Source of the DNA: Burkholderiaceae bacterium
Lineage (GTDB): Bacteria > Patescibacteriota > Saccharimonadia > Saccharimonadales > AQU-01
Assembly: GCA_043788365.1 (NCBI GenBank)
Contig: JAYVTZ010000005.1
Location: forward strand, 77,249 to 141,248
Direction of reading: 5' to 3'
DNA: 64,000 nt
Position numbers and translations under genes: made by a program. Within the stretch, counting starts at the first letter, position 1. Every line of letters starts with the position of its first letter. The notes beneath the pieces are model-generated. The model searched no databases, was not told where the DNA came from, and was given only the letters and a program-made list of their open reading frames with translations. This document shows, one piece after another, positions 1-7,505 of the stretch.

Positions 1-151
1 TAATACTATGTCGTTTGCGGTAAGCCACAGCTCCAACGCTAAATACACTCGATACAACTATTAGAATAGCTAGTAGAGCTACGGGACCCGACTTTAATAA
101 AGATAACGATTTGTTTTTAATATCCGAAAAAACATCTCTGCTGGATGACAT
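1..151 (-). CDS. Partial CDS (5' end only, runs off window start); short N-terminus plus one hydrophobic helix, function unknown
   Basis: Own translation. ATG is the revcomp of 149-151, with AGGAGA (157-162) 5 nt upstream. It reads MSSSRDVFSDIKNKSLSLLKSGPVALLAILIVVSSVFSVGAVAYRKRHSI and stays open to position 1. Confidence 0.5.
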   Translation of the reverse strand, partial: MSSSRDVFSDIKNKSLSLLKSGPVALLAILIVVSSVFSVGAVAYRKRHSI

Positions 152-284
152 TATATTCTCCTGTTAAGCTTAACCTCAGTTCATTTAACAATAGTGTATA
201 TCATGATAAAGCTCAAGCAGAATTATTTTTTAGTCTACTGAACTGGTCGTGGTTGCTGTTCAAATCAGGAGCAAAAGTAATTAG

Positions 285-1028
285 TTACTTACTAAGAGGA
301 GTTAGGGTATAGAACCGCTCGCGGTTGCCCTTACTGCCAGCGACTTCACTGTCGGCTTTGTCGACGATAATAAAATACTTGCGGGCCCAGTCTTCAAAAT
401 CTCTTAATATGTCACGCCTGACGTGTTCGTTTTTGATAATGCCTTTGTTGATTTGTTCTTTACCAGCTTCAAACTGTGGTTTAACCATTGCAACTATAAT
501 CCCTTTTGACTTCATGATTCGCATAACATCGGGTAGAATTGCTTTCAGACTAATAAAACTAACATCGGCTACTGCAATATCTATAAGTGGTGTGTTTTTA
601 CTACTTCCAACAACGGCCTTAACGTAATTTCTTATGTCAGTTTTTTCATGGAGTTCGATAAGCGCATGGCCTTGAAGACTCGGATGAAGCTGATTAGTGC
701 CGACGTCTACGGCGATTACCTTCTTAGCGCCATTTCTAAGCGCATAGTCAGTGAATCCACCAGTGCTAGAGCCAACGTCTAGGACAATTTTGTTGTTGAA
801 GTCTAGGCTTAATACTTTTGCAACGCTGGCTAGTTTAAGCCCCGCCCGGCTAACATATTGGTCGACAGCACTTATCTCAATTTTGTTATTATGATCAACT
901 AGCCTGCCTGTCTTAGTTGCGACCTCACCATCTACCTTAACCTGTCCGAGCTTAATATAAGACTCTGCCTGACTGCGTGACACAACCAATTTTCGCCTAG
1001 CTAGTTCTACATCAAGCCTAGTTTTCAT
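285..1028 (-). CDS. tlyA: TlyA-family rRNA 2'-O-cytidine methyltransferase (S4-like domain + FtsJ-type SAM methyltransferase)
   Basis: 247 aa. N-terminal S4-like segment RLDVELARRKLVVSRSQAESYIKLGQVKVDG, then SAM motif VLDVGSSTGGFTDYAL. Confidence 0.85.
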   Translation of the reverse strand: MKTRLDVELARRKLVVSRSQAESYIKLGQVKVDGEVATKTGRLVDHNNKIEISAVDQYVSRAGLKLASVAKVLSLDFNNKIVLDVGSSTGGFTDYALRNGAKKVIAVDVGTNQLHPSLQGHALIELHEKTDIRNYVKAVVGSSKNTPLIDIAVADVSFISLKAILPDVMRIMKSKGIIVAMVKPQFEAGKEQINKGIIKNEHVRRDILRDFEDWARKYFIIVDKADSEVAGSKGNRERFYTLTPLSK

Positions 1029-1032
1029 TGAG

Positions 1033-1060
1033 TTGTCATACCGGATTTAATCCGGTATCC
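1033..1060 (+). repeat. Hairpin repeat unit (TTGTCAT / 7-bp stem ACCGGAT..ATCCGGT / ATCC)
   Basis: Read directly from the sequence. Same frame motif as 1375-1402, 21014-21041 and 21070-21097. Confidence 0.7.
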
Positions 1061-1062
1061 AT

Positions 1063-1344
1063 TTAAAACTGTTGACTTAAATCTTGCCACTTGGGGTTAT
1101 CTCTTTCTATTAGTGCTATCTTCCAGGGTCTATGCCAATTCTTTAATTGCTTTTCTCTTGCGATTGCATCAAAAATATTATCTGTGTCCTCATAATATAC
1201 TAGTCTGTGAACATTGTATTTTTTTGTAAAACTTTCTATCTCATTTGATTTGTGCTGATCTGTTCTACTCACAATATTGTTAGTGACACCAATGTAAATT
1301 GTTCCATTATATTTTGACGCCAGCATACACACATAGTAGCTCAT
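1063..1344 (-). CDS. GIY-YIG nuclease family protein (UPF0213/YhbQ-like)
   Basis: YYVCMLASKYNGTIYIGVTNNIVSRTDQHK is a GIY-YIG core. Start set at the internal ATG (1342-1344). The 23 N-terminal codons of the track ORF (HPELVSGS) are just the translated hairpin repeat. Confidence 0.75.
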   Translation of the reverse strand: MSYYVCMLASKYNGTIYIGVTNNIVSRTDQHKSNEIESFTKKYNVHRLVYYEDTDNIFDAIAREKQLKNWHRPWKIALIERDNPKWQDLSQQF

Positions 1345-1374
1345 GGTTTTTATGCCAATGATACTATAGAAAAT

Positions 1375-1402
1375 GGATCCTGAAACAAGTTCAGGATGAC
1401 AA
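1375..1402 (-). repeat. Hairpin repeat unit (TTGTCAT / stem CCTGAAC..TCAGG / ATCC), inverted relative to 1033-1060
   Basis: Plus strand reads GGATCCTGAAACAAGTTCAGGATGACAA. Confidence 0.7.
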
Positions 1403-1443
1403 TTAGATGACAAACGTTTTATTCAAGTACCAAACTGTTAGGG

Positions 1444-1466
1444 ATGACATTAAAATTAAATGTCAT
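1444..1466 (-). terminator. Hairpin overlapping the efp stop codon (possible terminator or processing signal)
   Basis: 8-bp stem ATGACATT / AATGTCAT with a 7-nt loop. No clear U-tract follows. Confidence 0.3.
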
Positions 1467-2026
1467 TTGACTCGTGAGCGGTAGCTGCCGTCTTCAGTGC
1501 TTACACTAATAACATCGCCCTGCTTGATGAAAGCCGGTACCTTAACAATGATTCCGGTTTCAAGTGTGGCTTCCTTAGTAATACTGCTGCTTGTGTCGCC
1601 TTTTACGGCCGCCTCGGTATAGGTGACTTCGAGCGGCACATTCTTGGCAAGTTCAATATTTATCACTTGACCATCAAAGAACTGTGCCTGAACGATGTCA
1701 CTTTCCTTCATATAACCAGCGAGGTCACCGATGACATCAGTGCCGAGCTCGAACTGCTCATATGTTGCTTCGTCCATAAAATGGAATTTTTCGCCGTCAG
1801 CATAAAGATACTGAACATTTTTATTATTTACATCAGCATAATCTAGTTGTTCGTTACCCTTGAATGTCTTCTCAAGCACCCGGCCATCGAACAAACTTCT
1901 GATTTTAACGTTAACTATTGAGCCACCGCGGCCCATAACTTTCTGGGCATACTCAATCACCCTGTACGGCACGCCGTCCAACTGAAATACTGTACCTTTT
2001 CGAAGATCCGTAATACCAAACGCCAT
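1463..2026 (-). CDS. efp: Translation elongation factor P
   Basis: Full-length EF-P similarity. ATG at 2024-2026 with GGAAGG 6 nt upstream; the track start is a TTG one codon earlier. Confidence 0.95.
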   Translation of the reverse strand: MAFGITDLRKGTVFQLDGVPYRVIEYAQKVMGRGGSIVNVKIRSLFDGRVLEKTFKGNEQLDYADVNNKNVQYLYADGEKFHFMDEATYEQFELGTDVIGDLAGYMKESDIVQAQFFDGQVINIELAKNVPLEVTYTEAAVKGDTSSSITKEATLETGIIVKVPAFIKQGDVISVSTEDGSYRSRVK

Positions 2027-2054
2027 CAAACACCTTCCTGCTTAAACTGTTATA

Positions 2055-2396
2055 TTATAGGCTCCTGCCACCGTTGAAATTTATGACGTCCTGCTTCAAA
2101 TTCTGGAAATCACTATGTAAAACACTCTGATGATCAAAAGAAATTACCGGTGATATAGTATTTTGTGACTCATGCAATTGCTTTTGGATTGCATCAATCC
2201 GCTTAGCCAATGTCGTCGGACTTCTTTCAACTGAAACATCCTGGACTAATTGATGAATCTCGTTTTGAATCGCCTTAGTCACCGGGTGCGCTGCTGCTTG
2301 ACCGCCAGTAATATCGTGATACTTGTATTGTAGCCCCATCACATTATCGAATAGTGGGTTATAGGCCGGGTTATTAAAGCTGTGTGAATTGTCCAT
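2055..2396 (-). CDS. Hypothetical protein, 113 aa
   Basis: Intact ORF with GGAG upstream of the ATG. No recognisable motif. Confidence 0.55.
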   Translation of the reverse strand: MDNSHSFNNPAYNPLFDNVMGLQYKYHDITGGQAAAHPVTKAIQNEIHQLVQDVSVERSPTTLAKRIDAIQKQLHESQNTISPVISFDHQSVLHSDFQNLKQDVINFNGGRSL

Positions 2397-2514
2397 TCTT
2401 ATGACTCCTATTAATCTAGTAGGTTTGTGTTAACCTCTATAAACTAGCATATCACAGGCATTAATGACTATCGCCTTGGGCGTGATTTGTAATTACACCT
2501 TTAGGCTGTTTACT

Positions 2515-2718
2515 TTAATTGTTAGCCACAAACGGTAGTAGTGCAATCTGCCTAGCACGCTTAATAGCGATAGCTAGGCGTCGTTGCTGAGCCTCAGTAA
2601 TACCGGTTTTTTTGCGGGTCTCGATCTGTCCGTACATGTTTACGTAGCGCTGCAAGGTCTTGTAGTCCTTGTAGTCAAAAAATGCTACGTCTGTCCTGTG
2701 TTTAAAAATCTTTGCCAT
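2515..2718 (-). CDS. rpsR: 30S ribosomal protein S18
   Basis: 67 aa. The YKDYKTLQRYVNMYGQIETRKKTGI...RRLAIAIKRARQIALLP pattern is typical of S18. AGGAG lies upstream. Confidence 0.95.
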   Translation of the reverse strand: MAKIFKHRTDVAFFDYKDYKTLQRYVNMYGQIETRKKTGITEAQQRRLAIAIKRARQIALLPFVANN

Positions 2719-2739
2719 CTTATATCTCCTTTATCTGCA

Positions 2740-2860
2740 CACCAATTTTGAGAGCGGTAGTTTGTCCGGTGATCGAGGACATTTCTTCGTCGTACTGATA
2801 GTACGTCTCCGAAATGGAAGCCTCGCCCCCAAACGAACTACCCTTAGCTCAAAATTGGTG
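2740..2860 (-). promoter_or_regulatory. 121-nt rod-like nested hairpin just upstream of the rpsR SD (structured leader or processing element)
   Basis: A perfect 13-bp closing helix pairs CACCAATTTTGAG (2740-2752) with CTCAAAATTGGTG (2848-2860). Inner helices are GGTAGTT/AACTACC, CGAGG/CCTCG, CATTTC/GAAATG and CGTAC/GTACG. Confidence 0.5.
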
Positions 2861-2897
2861 CTTAACTGTGGTTAGTTTGTTAAATTATACTAGTCTA

Positions 2898-3167
2898 CTA
2901 TCGAGCGGTGTCAAATTGTTGTAGTGGTTTTTGGTCTTTTGCCTCCAAAAAATCAATATTGGGATCTTCGTTACGTGCATTTCTAGACTGCCTGATTGCA
3001 TACCGGAAACAATCTGTCGCAAAATTGTATTCAACCCCACGTATAACAAATTCCTCAACTCTTTTGAATTCCATCATCTTGTCAACGGAATCAACTCCTT
3101 CGACATATGCATTAAATGCTCTTTGCATAGTCTGTTCGGCACTAATTCCTTCACTTTGAGTAACCAT
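2898..3167 (-). CDS. Hypothetical protein, 89 aa, inserted between ssb and rpsR
   Basis: AAGGAG (3176-3181) lies 8 nt upstream of the ATG. No recognisable family. Confidence 0.6.
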   Translation of the reverse strand: MVTQSEGISAEQTMQRAFNAYVEGVDSVDKMMEFKRVEEFVIRGVEYNFATDCFRYAIRQSRNARNEDPNIDFLEAKDQKPLQQFDTAR

Positions 3168-3238
3168 AATATCTACTCCTTAATCATATCTTGCAACACG
3201 GGTTCTAGGGGATTTTGGCTAGGGCAGTCTGGGATGAA

Positions 3239-3287
3239 GGCCGAGCACAAAAGTCGCAGCCGTACGAATGGTACGGCTCGGCTTTTT
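3239..3287. other. GC-rich hairpin with flanking A/T runs downstream of ssb (terminator-like; the T-run follows on the plus strand)
   Basis: GCCGTAC gaatg GTACGGC (3259-3277) is nested in GCCGAGC...GCTCGGC and followed by TTTTT (3283-3287). Confidence 0.4.
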
Positions 3288-3332
3288 GACGCAGGTTTTC
3301 GCCCAGAATGTACAGCCACAAATTCTCTAGAA

Positions 3333-3812
3333 CTAGAATGGGATGTCGTCTAGGTTAATCGGCTCATCTCCAATGTCCTCGATGACTACGTCATCTTTGG
3401 TCGGTTTTTTGCTAGATGCAACAGGCTTATCACCCGAAGCCGCCGGCTTACTGAAACCACCCTCACTATCTCCACCAGAACTGCGACTATCAAGGAAGGT
3501 AACATCATTAGCGTTAACCTCTACCTTGCTACGCTTCTGGCCATCTTGCTCCCAAGCTCGACTTTGCAGTCTACCTTGGACCAAACAACGGCTACCCTTA
3601 GTCAAATACTGAGCAATTCTCTCGCCCAGTGGGCCCCAAGCGACAACATCGATATAATCGGTCGCCTCTTGCCACTCGCCATCAGCGCCTTTGAAGCTGC
3701 GATTGAGAGCTAAGCTGAAGTTACAGACGTTTTGACCGCTAGGGATCTGCCTGACTTCAGGGTCACGGGTAAGATTACCCATTAATATTACTTGGTTGAA
3801 TGATCGTGCCAT
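3333..3812 (-). CDS. ssb: Single-stranded DNA-binding protein
   Basis: OB-fold N-terminus NQVILMGNLTRDPEVR and acidic tail DDIPF. Start moved to the ATG at 3810-3812, which has AAGGAGGG 5 nt upstream. Confidence 0.95.
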   Translation of the reverse strand: MARSFNQVILMGNLTRDPEVRQIPSGQNVCNFSLALNRSFKGADGEWQEATDYIDVVAWGPLGERIAQYLTKGSRCLVQGRLQSRAWEQDGQKRSKVEVNANDVTFLDSRSSGGDSEGGFSKPAASGDKPVASSKKPTKDDVVIEDIGDEPINLDDIPF

Positions 3813-4065
3813 TTGAACCCTCCTTATAGGATCTATGTCCTGCATAATTCATTATCTTGGTCAATTTTTGGCTTTGTGACTCCGGTACGCGTTCACTATA
3901 TTATCTTAAAATACAGCTCGCTTGCGTTCCTAGTCACACACCAAAACTTGCCTCAAGCTAGATGAATTCTGCTTTTATTGAATTGTACTTATACCGTAAC
4001 GCCGGCTGAGACCGTAGTCAAGTATTCGTACTGATTATTCATATTCTGTTAAGGTTCACGGTAAG

Positions 4066-4193
4066 ACAATTTGTCATTTATCATTTGGCATTGATCATTT
4101 ATTTACCATTTAGTCATTTTGTCATTGTAGCTTCAATGATCAAATGTTAAATGCCCAAATAAATGTAAAATGTTCAATGTTAAATGTAAAATT
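4066..4193. repeat. Convergent arrays of ~7-nt-spaced CATTT / AAATG repeats forming an imperfect ~60-bp-arm palindrome
   Basis: The left arm (4066-4127) has 7 CATT(T) cores on the top strand. The centre is CATTG tagctt CAATG. The right arm (4134-4193) has the complementary AAATG cores. The arms are roughly 70-75% complementary by eye. Confidence 0.7.
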
Positions 4194-4194
4194 G

Positions 4195-4587
4195 CTACTC
4201 TTCGTCGGATGAGCCACGCTCATCACGGTCGTCGTCGCGGTCACCGCGCTCGGCTGCCTTTTTGGCTTTTTCAGCCTTGGCAGCTTCGGCCTTGGCGATA
4301 GCCTTGAGGTCCGGCTTGGTAATCAGGAATCGAACGACTTCGTCAGTAATATTGAGAAGTCCTTCTATCTTAGTCACCTTTTCGGCTGGCACATCTACGG
4401 TGTAAAACACGTAGATAGCGTAGTCTTGCTTCTTGATAGTGTAGGCTAGCTTGCGCTTGCCCCAATTATCAAGTGACACGACCTTGCCACCGTTGTCCGT
4501 GAAGATTTTTTCTACCTTGACGGTAGCTTTGTCCAAATCTGTTTCCAGATCAGGGTGATACAATACAGCAATTTCGTACTGATTCAT
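4195..4587 (-). CDS. rpsF: 30S ribosomal protein S6 with acidic/basic C-terminal tail
   Basis: MNQYEIAVLYHPDLE...WGKRKLAY is typical of S6. Confidence 0.95.
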   Translation of the reverse strand: MNQYEIAVLYHPDLETDLDKATVKVEKIFTDNGGKVVSLDNWGKRKLAYTIKKQDYAIYVFYTVDVPAEKVTKIEGLLNITDEVVRFLITKPDLKAIAKAEAAKAEKAKKAAERGDRDDDRDERGSSDEE

Positions 4588-4655
4588 TGATATCCTTCCT
4601 TCGGTTAAAGCCCATATCCATTAGAGGCATGAGCTGAAGTTAATATAGTTCTGTT

Positions 4656-4684
4656 ATTGTAGCTTATTCACCCCTGTTAGTCAA
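4656..4684 (-). promoter_or_regulatory. Candidate sigma-70 promoter of rpsF (TTGACT-N17-TACAAT)
   Basis: Minus strand: TTGACT (4679-4684), 17-nt spacer, TACAAT (4656-4661). Confidence 0.5.
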
Positions 4685-4690
4685 ATCTCT

Positions 4691-4719
4691 TTGTTAACTA
4701 TATCTAGTTAATCTATACT
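4691..4719 (+). promoter_or_regulatory. Candidate promoter TTGTTA-N17-TATACT, 8 nt upstream of the ATG at 4728
   Basis: Read directly. Divergent from the rpsF promoter. Confidence 0.45.
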
Positions 4720-4727
4720 ATTTATGT

Positions 4728-4919
4728 ATGGACATAGTCTCTGAAGATAAAACGGACAAAGAATTAAATGTAGCTAGAAATACTGAAATTGTTAGTCCGC
4801 CTGATATCGCATCAACTGAGGTAGAGCCTCAAGCACCGGAGGCAACACGCCCGGCTGGTTTTAGTCCAAGCAGATCCGGTCAATGGATTGGTGAATTATT
4901 GATAAAAGTTGAGATCTAG
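4728..4919 (+). CDS. Small hypothetical protein, 63 aa (possibly leaderless)
   Basis: The ORF is supported only by the well-formed promoter placed 8 nt upstream. No SD and no recognisable homology. Confidence 0.35.
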   Translation: MDIVSEDKTDKELNVARNTEIVSPPDIASTEVEPQAPEATRPAGFSPSRSGQWIGELLIKVEI

Positions 4920-4924
4920 ATAAC

Positions 4925-7150
4925 TTATTGGTCGGGGTCGTCTGGCATTTCGTCGTAGATGTCGGGTTCACCTTCATCGCCTGGCGCTACACCAACCGAC
5001 CCACCGCCACCAAAGACTTCATCCAAGGAGCTAACTAGGACTTCACGGGGGCGAGAGCCGTCGGCTTGACCGATTATGCCCTGCTCTTCCATGTTTTCAA
5101 TCATGCGAGCGGCCTTGCCATAACCAATGCGCAATCGTCGCTGTAACAGGCTAGTGCTCGCCTTGCCGGCTTCAATGACCACTCTAACTGCGTCGCGGAA
5201 CAAAGGTTCGTCATTGTCATCAAGCTCGGTAACAATGCCACCCTTACCATTAAGTTGGACGGGCTGACTAACGACTTCGTCGTCATATTGTGGCGCGCGC
5301 TGCATACGCAAAAAGTCAGTCAACTTTTGGATTTCTTCAGTCGTTATCCATGCACCTTGAACGCGCTTTGGTTTGGGCATGCTGGCGGTTGAATAGAGCA
5401 TGTCGCCCTGCCCTAGTAGCTTTTCGGCACCACTTTGGTCGAGGATAATACGTGATTCAACTTCTTGTGAAACTGTAAAGGCGATCCTAGCTGGGATGTT
5501 AGCCTTAATTAGGCCGGTAATAACCGTAACGCGCGGACTTTGGGTAGCGAGTACAAGGTGGATACCAACGGCACGGGCCTTTTGGGCGATACGGACAATT
5601 AGGGCTTCGACATCGCGAGCCGCCATCATCATAAGGTCAGCGAGCTCATCAATCACAATCACAATGTAGGGCATGCCCTCTTCTTTTTTGAGGTCGTTAT
5701 AGTCACTGATGTTACGCTGCTTGGCCTCAGCCAAGGTTCGGTAGCGTCTTTCCATTTCGGCAACAGCCCACTTAAGGGCGCTAATACACTTCTCGGGCTC
5801 GGTGATAACTTCTGTTAATAAGTGCGGGATATCGTTATAGGTTGAAAGTTCGACGTGTTTTGGGTCGACTAGGATTAACTTAAGATCGCTTGGACTATTG
5901 CGATACAGTAGACTCGCGAGCAATGTGTTGACCATAACTGACTTACCCGAGTTAGTCTGGCCGGCAATCAAAAGATGGGGCATCTTATCGAGTGATGCCA
6001 CGACTGGTGTGCCGGATATATCACGGCCAACCGTAAAGGCCAGTGGCGTATCGTATTCATTCCATTCTTTAGAATTCAAGATACTAGCTATGCGAACTGA
6101 GGCTGGTTTGATGTTTGGCACCTCGATACCAACTGCCCGCTTACCCGGAATTGGGGCTTCGATACGAATTGATTCAGCCGCAAGTTGTAGCGATAAGTTA
6201 GTATCGAGTGAGGCAATTTTGCCAAGCTTAACGCCTGGTGGCGGTTTTAAGGTAAATTGTGTCACACGCGGACCAACATTTGCGCCTTCCATCTCAACAT
6301 CTATATTAAATTCGGCCAATGTGTCTTTAATAATCTGGGCGTTGCCTTCAACATCACCGGGATTTGCCTTATCTTGAGACTGATTAAGCAAACTAACACT
6401 AGGATACTGCCAATCTGTGTCGTGGGCCGCAGTCAAGGCTTGGTGATTTTCACTCGGCTTTAACTTCTCGGCGGTATTCTTCATAGTGCTGAGCCGTGGG
6501 GCTGGAACGCCACCATGCTCAACTGGGACGCCCTCATTTAATTTGAAACCTGATTCCGGTGATCTTAGTTTGAGTGAAGCAAGGTCTGTGTCGTCGTTTG
6601 AACTACTTGTTTTAAACATGCCTCCGAGACCTAGGATAACTTTTGGTGACACACCAAAGGCAAAGAAGTATGACAGAATACCAAAAATTAAGAACATCAG
6701 GCTAGCTGGCCACTTATCAAGCACACTAAGCGTGGCATTGCCGACGAGACTACCGACTTGACCACCGTGACCGCCACTAATTAGCAACGTTTGAGGGTCC
6801 TTACTTGCGAACATAGCTTGTAGCCAGCCAGCGCTGAAGACAAGTGCCAAAATCATACTGACAAATTTACCTAAAGGGACTTTTCGCTCTTCACTTTTGA
6901 ACTTCAGCACGCCTATATATATAAGAGCTATCGGTGTTAAGTAGCCAGCTACCCCTAGCGCCCAATAGGCACCATGAAACATATTAACAGGCAGTACGCC
7001 ACCAGTTCCGAAGCCCCCGAGCAACAATAACAAGGCTGCAATAATTAGTATGACGGCGCCTGTCAGTGGCCAGAAAGCTGATTTCTCTTTTGGCTCGTGC
7101 TTAACGGCTTTATTTACTTTTTTTGGTGTTCGTTTTTTCTTTTTTGCCAT
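4925..7150 (-). CDS. ftsK: DNA translocase FtsK/SpoIIIE
   Basis: N-terminal TM helices, P-loop GQTNSGKSV, and a C-terminal gamma winged-helix LLQRRLRIGYGKAARMIENMEEQGIIG. Confidence 0.95.
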   Translation of the reverse strand: MAKKKKRTPKKVNKAVKHEPKEKSAFWPLTGAVILIIAALLLLLGGFGTGGVLPVNMFHGAYWALGVAGYLTPIALIYIGVLKFKSEERKVPLGKFVSMILALVFSAGWLQAMFASKDPQTLLISGGHGGQVGSLVGNATLSVLDKWPASLMFLIFGILSYFFAFGVSPKVILGLGGMFKTSSSNDDTDLASLKLRSPESGFKLNEGVPVEHGGVPAPRLSTMKNTAEKLKPSENHQALTAAHDTDWQYPSVSLLNQSQDKANPGDVEGNAQIIKDTLAEFNIDVEMEGANVGPRVTQFTLKPPPGVKLGKIASLDTNLSLQLAAESIRIEAPIPGKRAVGIEVPNIKPASVRIASILNSKEWNEYDTPLAFTVGRDISGTPVVASLDKMPHLLIAGQTNSGKSVMVNTLLASLLYRNSPSDLKLILVDPKHVELSTYNDIPHLLTEVITEPEKCISALKWAVAEMERRYRTLAEAKQRNISDYNDLKKEEGMPYIVIVIDELADLMMMAARDVEALIVRIAQKARAVGIHLVLATQSPRVTVITGLIKANIPARIAFTVSQEVESRIILDQSGAEKLLGQGDMLYSTASMPKPKRVQGAWITTEEIQKLTDFLRMQRAPQYDDEVVSQPVQLNGKGGIVTELDDNDEPLFRDAVRVVIEAGKASTSLLQRRLRIGYGKAARMIENMEEQGIIGQADGSRPREVLVSSLDEVFGGGGSVGVAPGDEGEPDIYDEMPDDPDQ

Positions 7151-7193
7151 AAGTATTTTTATTATAGCCGATTTGGCAGTTATTTGGTGTTAA

Positions 7194-7445
7194 TTACTGA
7201 ATTAATATGGTATCAATGGTAAATCTTGTAACCCTTTTGAGATTATCTACATCATGTTGAAGCTTATCTGTAGAGGTGGTCATTACATCGAGAGCTTGGG
7301 TCTGAGCTGCAAAACCGTGGAGCAGATCTCTTATTATTCTGGCTTTAGGTTCAATGCCAGCAGCAAGGCTCAAGGCATTATCGTAGAAAAAGTCGCCGAC
7401 CTGGTATTTAGGATTGGGTGTATCAGCTATATCTTTTCTTGACAT
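7194..7445 (-). CDS. Hypothetical protein, ~83 aa
   Basis: TGCTATAGT (7452-7460) lies 6 nt upstream of the ATG at 7443-7445. No recognisable family. Confidence 0.45.
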   Translation of the reverse strand: MSRKDIADTPNPKYQVGDFFYDNALSLAAGIEPKARIIRDLLHGFAAQTQALDVMTTSTDKLQHDVDNLKRVTRFTIDTILIQ

Positions 7446-7505
7446 AATCATACTATAGCAAATTTTACATCATTTGTCAAAGTTCTCGTCACTACTTAGC
7501 TAACC

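Larger units (their letters stand above)
1033..1402 (-). mobile_element. Putative GIY-YIG cassette: nuclease gene bracketed by two inverted TTGTCAT-stem-loop-stem-ATCC units
   Basis: Unit at 1033-1060 (+) is TTGTCATACCGGATTTAATCCGGTATCC. Unit at 1375-1402 read on the minus strand is TTGTCATCCTGAACTTGTTTCAGGATCC. The two face each other around the ORF, which sits between efp and tlyA. Confidence 0.4.

Noticed and set aside
1345-1413. N-terminal 23 codons of the track ORF for the GIY-YIG gene (MSSNCHPELVSGSIFYSIIGIKT)
   Set aside because: This stretch is the translation of the hairpin repeat unit and starts at a TTG. The GIY-YIG homology begins at the internal ATG (1342-1344).
1463-1465. Alternative genetic code (UGA as a sense codon, as in some CPR lineages)
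   Set aside because: TGA terminates conserved genes at the expected length (for example efp and the P3 small ORF). Conserved proteins are full length with no in-frame TGA, so the standard code 11 applies.
3239-3287. Plus-strand terminator implying an unannotated plus-strand gene or sRNA between rpsR and ssb
   Set aside because: No credible plus-strand ORF or promoter precedes it. The plus-strand ORFs in the track here are antisense shadows. It more likely belongs to the minus-strand operon structure, so it is left as an unassigned hairpin.
4066-4193. Replication origin (oriC) interpretation of the CATTT arrays
   Set aside because: There are no DnaA-box-like TTATCCACA motifs and no dnaA/dnaN nearby in this window. 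It is kept as an unexplained repeat array instead.
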